The notes below the pieces were generated by a model, which searched no databases, was not told where the DNA came from, and saw nothing but the letters and a program-made list of their open reading frames with translations. A stretch of DNA of 35,375 bases from a virus (Duplodnaviria; Caudoviricetes), in the IMG/VR virus record IMGVR_UViG_3300040985_001531, positions 1 to 35,375 of that record; one strand, given 5' to 3'. The position numbers and the translations under genes were made by a program. Shown one piece after another: positions 35,354 through 35,375 of the stretch (position 1 is its first letter; every line of letters starts with the position of its first letter).

Positions 35354-35375
35354 GTTAAGATATGCATATCTTAAC
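35354..35375. repeat. Perfect 22-bp palindrome at the window end
   Basis: GTTAAGATATGCATATCTTAAC is its own reverse complement. Confidence 0.95.

Noticed and set aside
1-35375. Stop-codon reassignment, introns/inteins, tRNAs, or a diversity-generating retroelement
   Set aside because: Genes tile densely under code 11 using TAA, TAG and TGA stops. TerL, helicase and ThyX are uninterrupted. I saw no tRNA or reverse transcriptase, and the fibre duplications differ at mixed synonymous positions rather than only at adenines.

Overview
The window is a continuous, almost entirely minus-strand segment of a large tailed phage with a contractile tail. Its head and tail proteins and gene order resemble SPO1/Twort-like (Herelleviridae-type) myoviruses, but the taxon and host cannot be fixed from sequence alone. 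In transcription order (right to left) it holds a small HTH-like ORF, a Cas4/AddB-like PD-(D/E)XK nuclease, an SF2 helicase, probable TerS, TerL, a small beta protein, two giant repeat fibre proteins, three small membrane proteins (possible lysis cassette), thyX, dCMP deaminase and the portal. These are followed by a multi-domain head-module protein, a ~400-bp iteron-like repeat region, a RhuM-like protein, prohead protease, scaffold-like protein, major capsid protein, neck and tail-terminator genes, sheath, tube, a tail-chaperone pair, a Gly-rich tape-measure candidate, baseplate hub and a truncated spike gene missing from the ORF track. Notable signals: (1) the iteron-like array beside a RhuM-like gene inside the head module; (2) a +1 UUU-CGU frameshift candidate in the tail chaperone; (3) an RBS-sequestering hairpin overlapped by a promoter upstream of the helicase; (4) recurring phi-x-K-[SAG] cleavage-like sites across head proteins, including a possible capsid cargo polyprotein; (5) a copy of the capsid N-arm motif in the protease tail; (6) a perfect 22-bp palindrome running into the window edge. 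All family calls come from recalled motifs and synteny; no searches were run.
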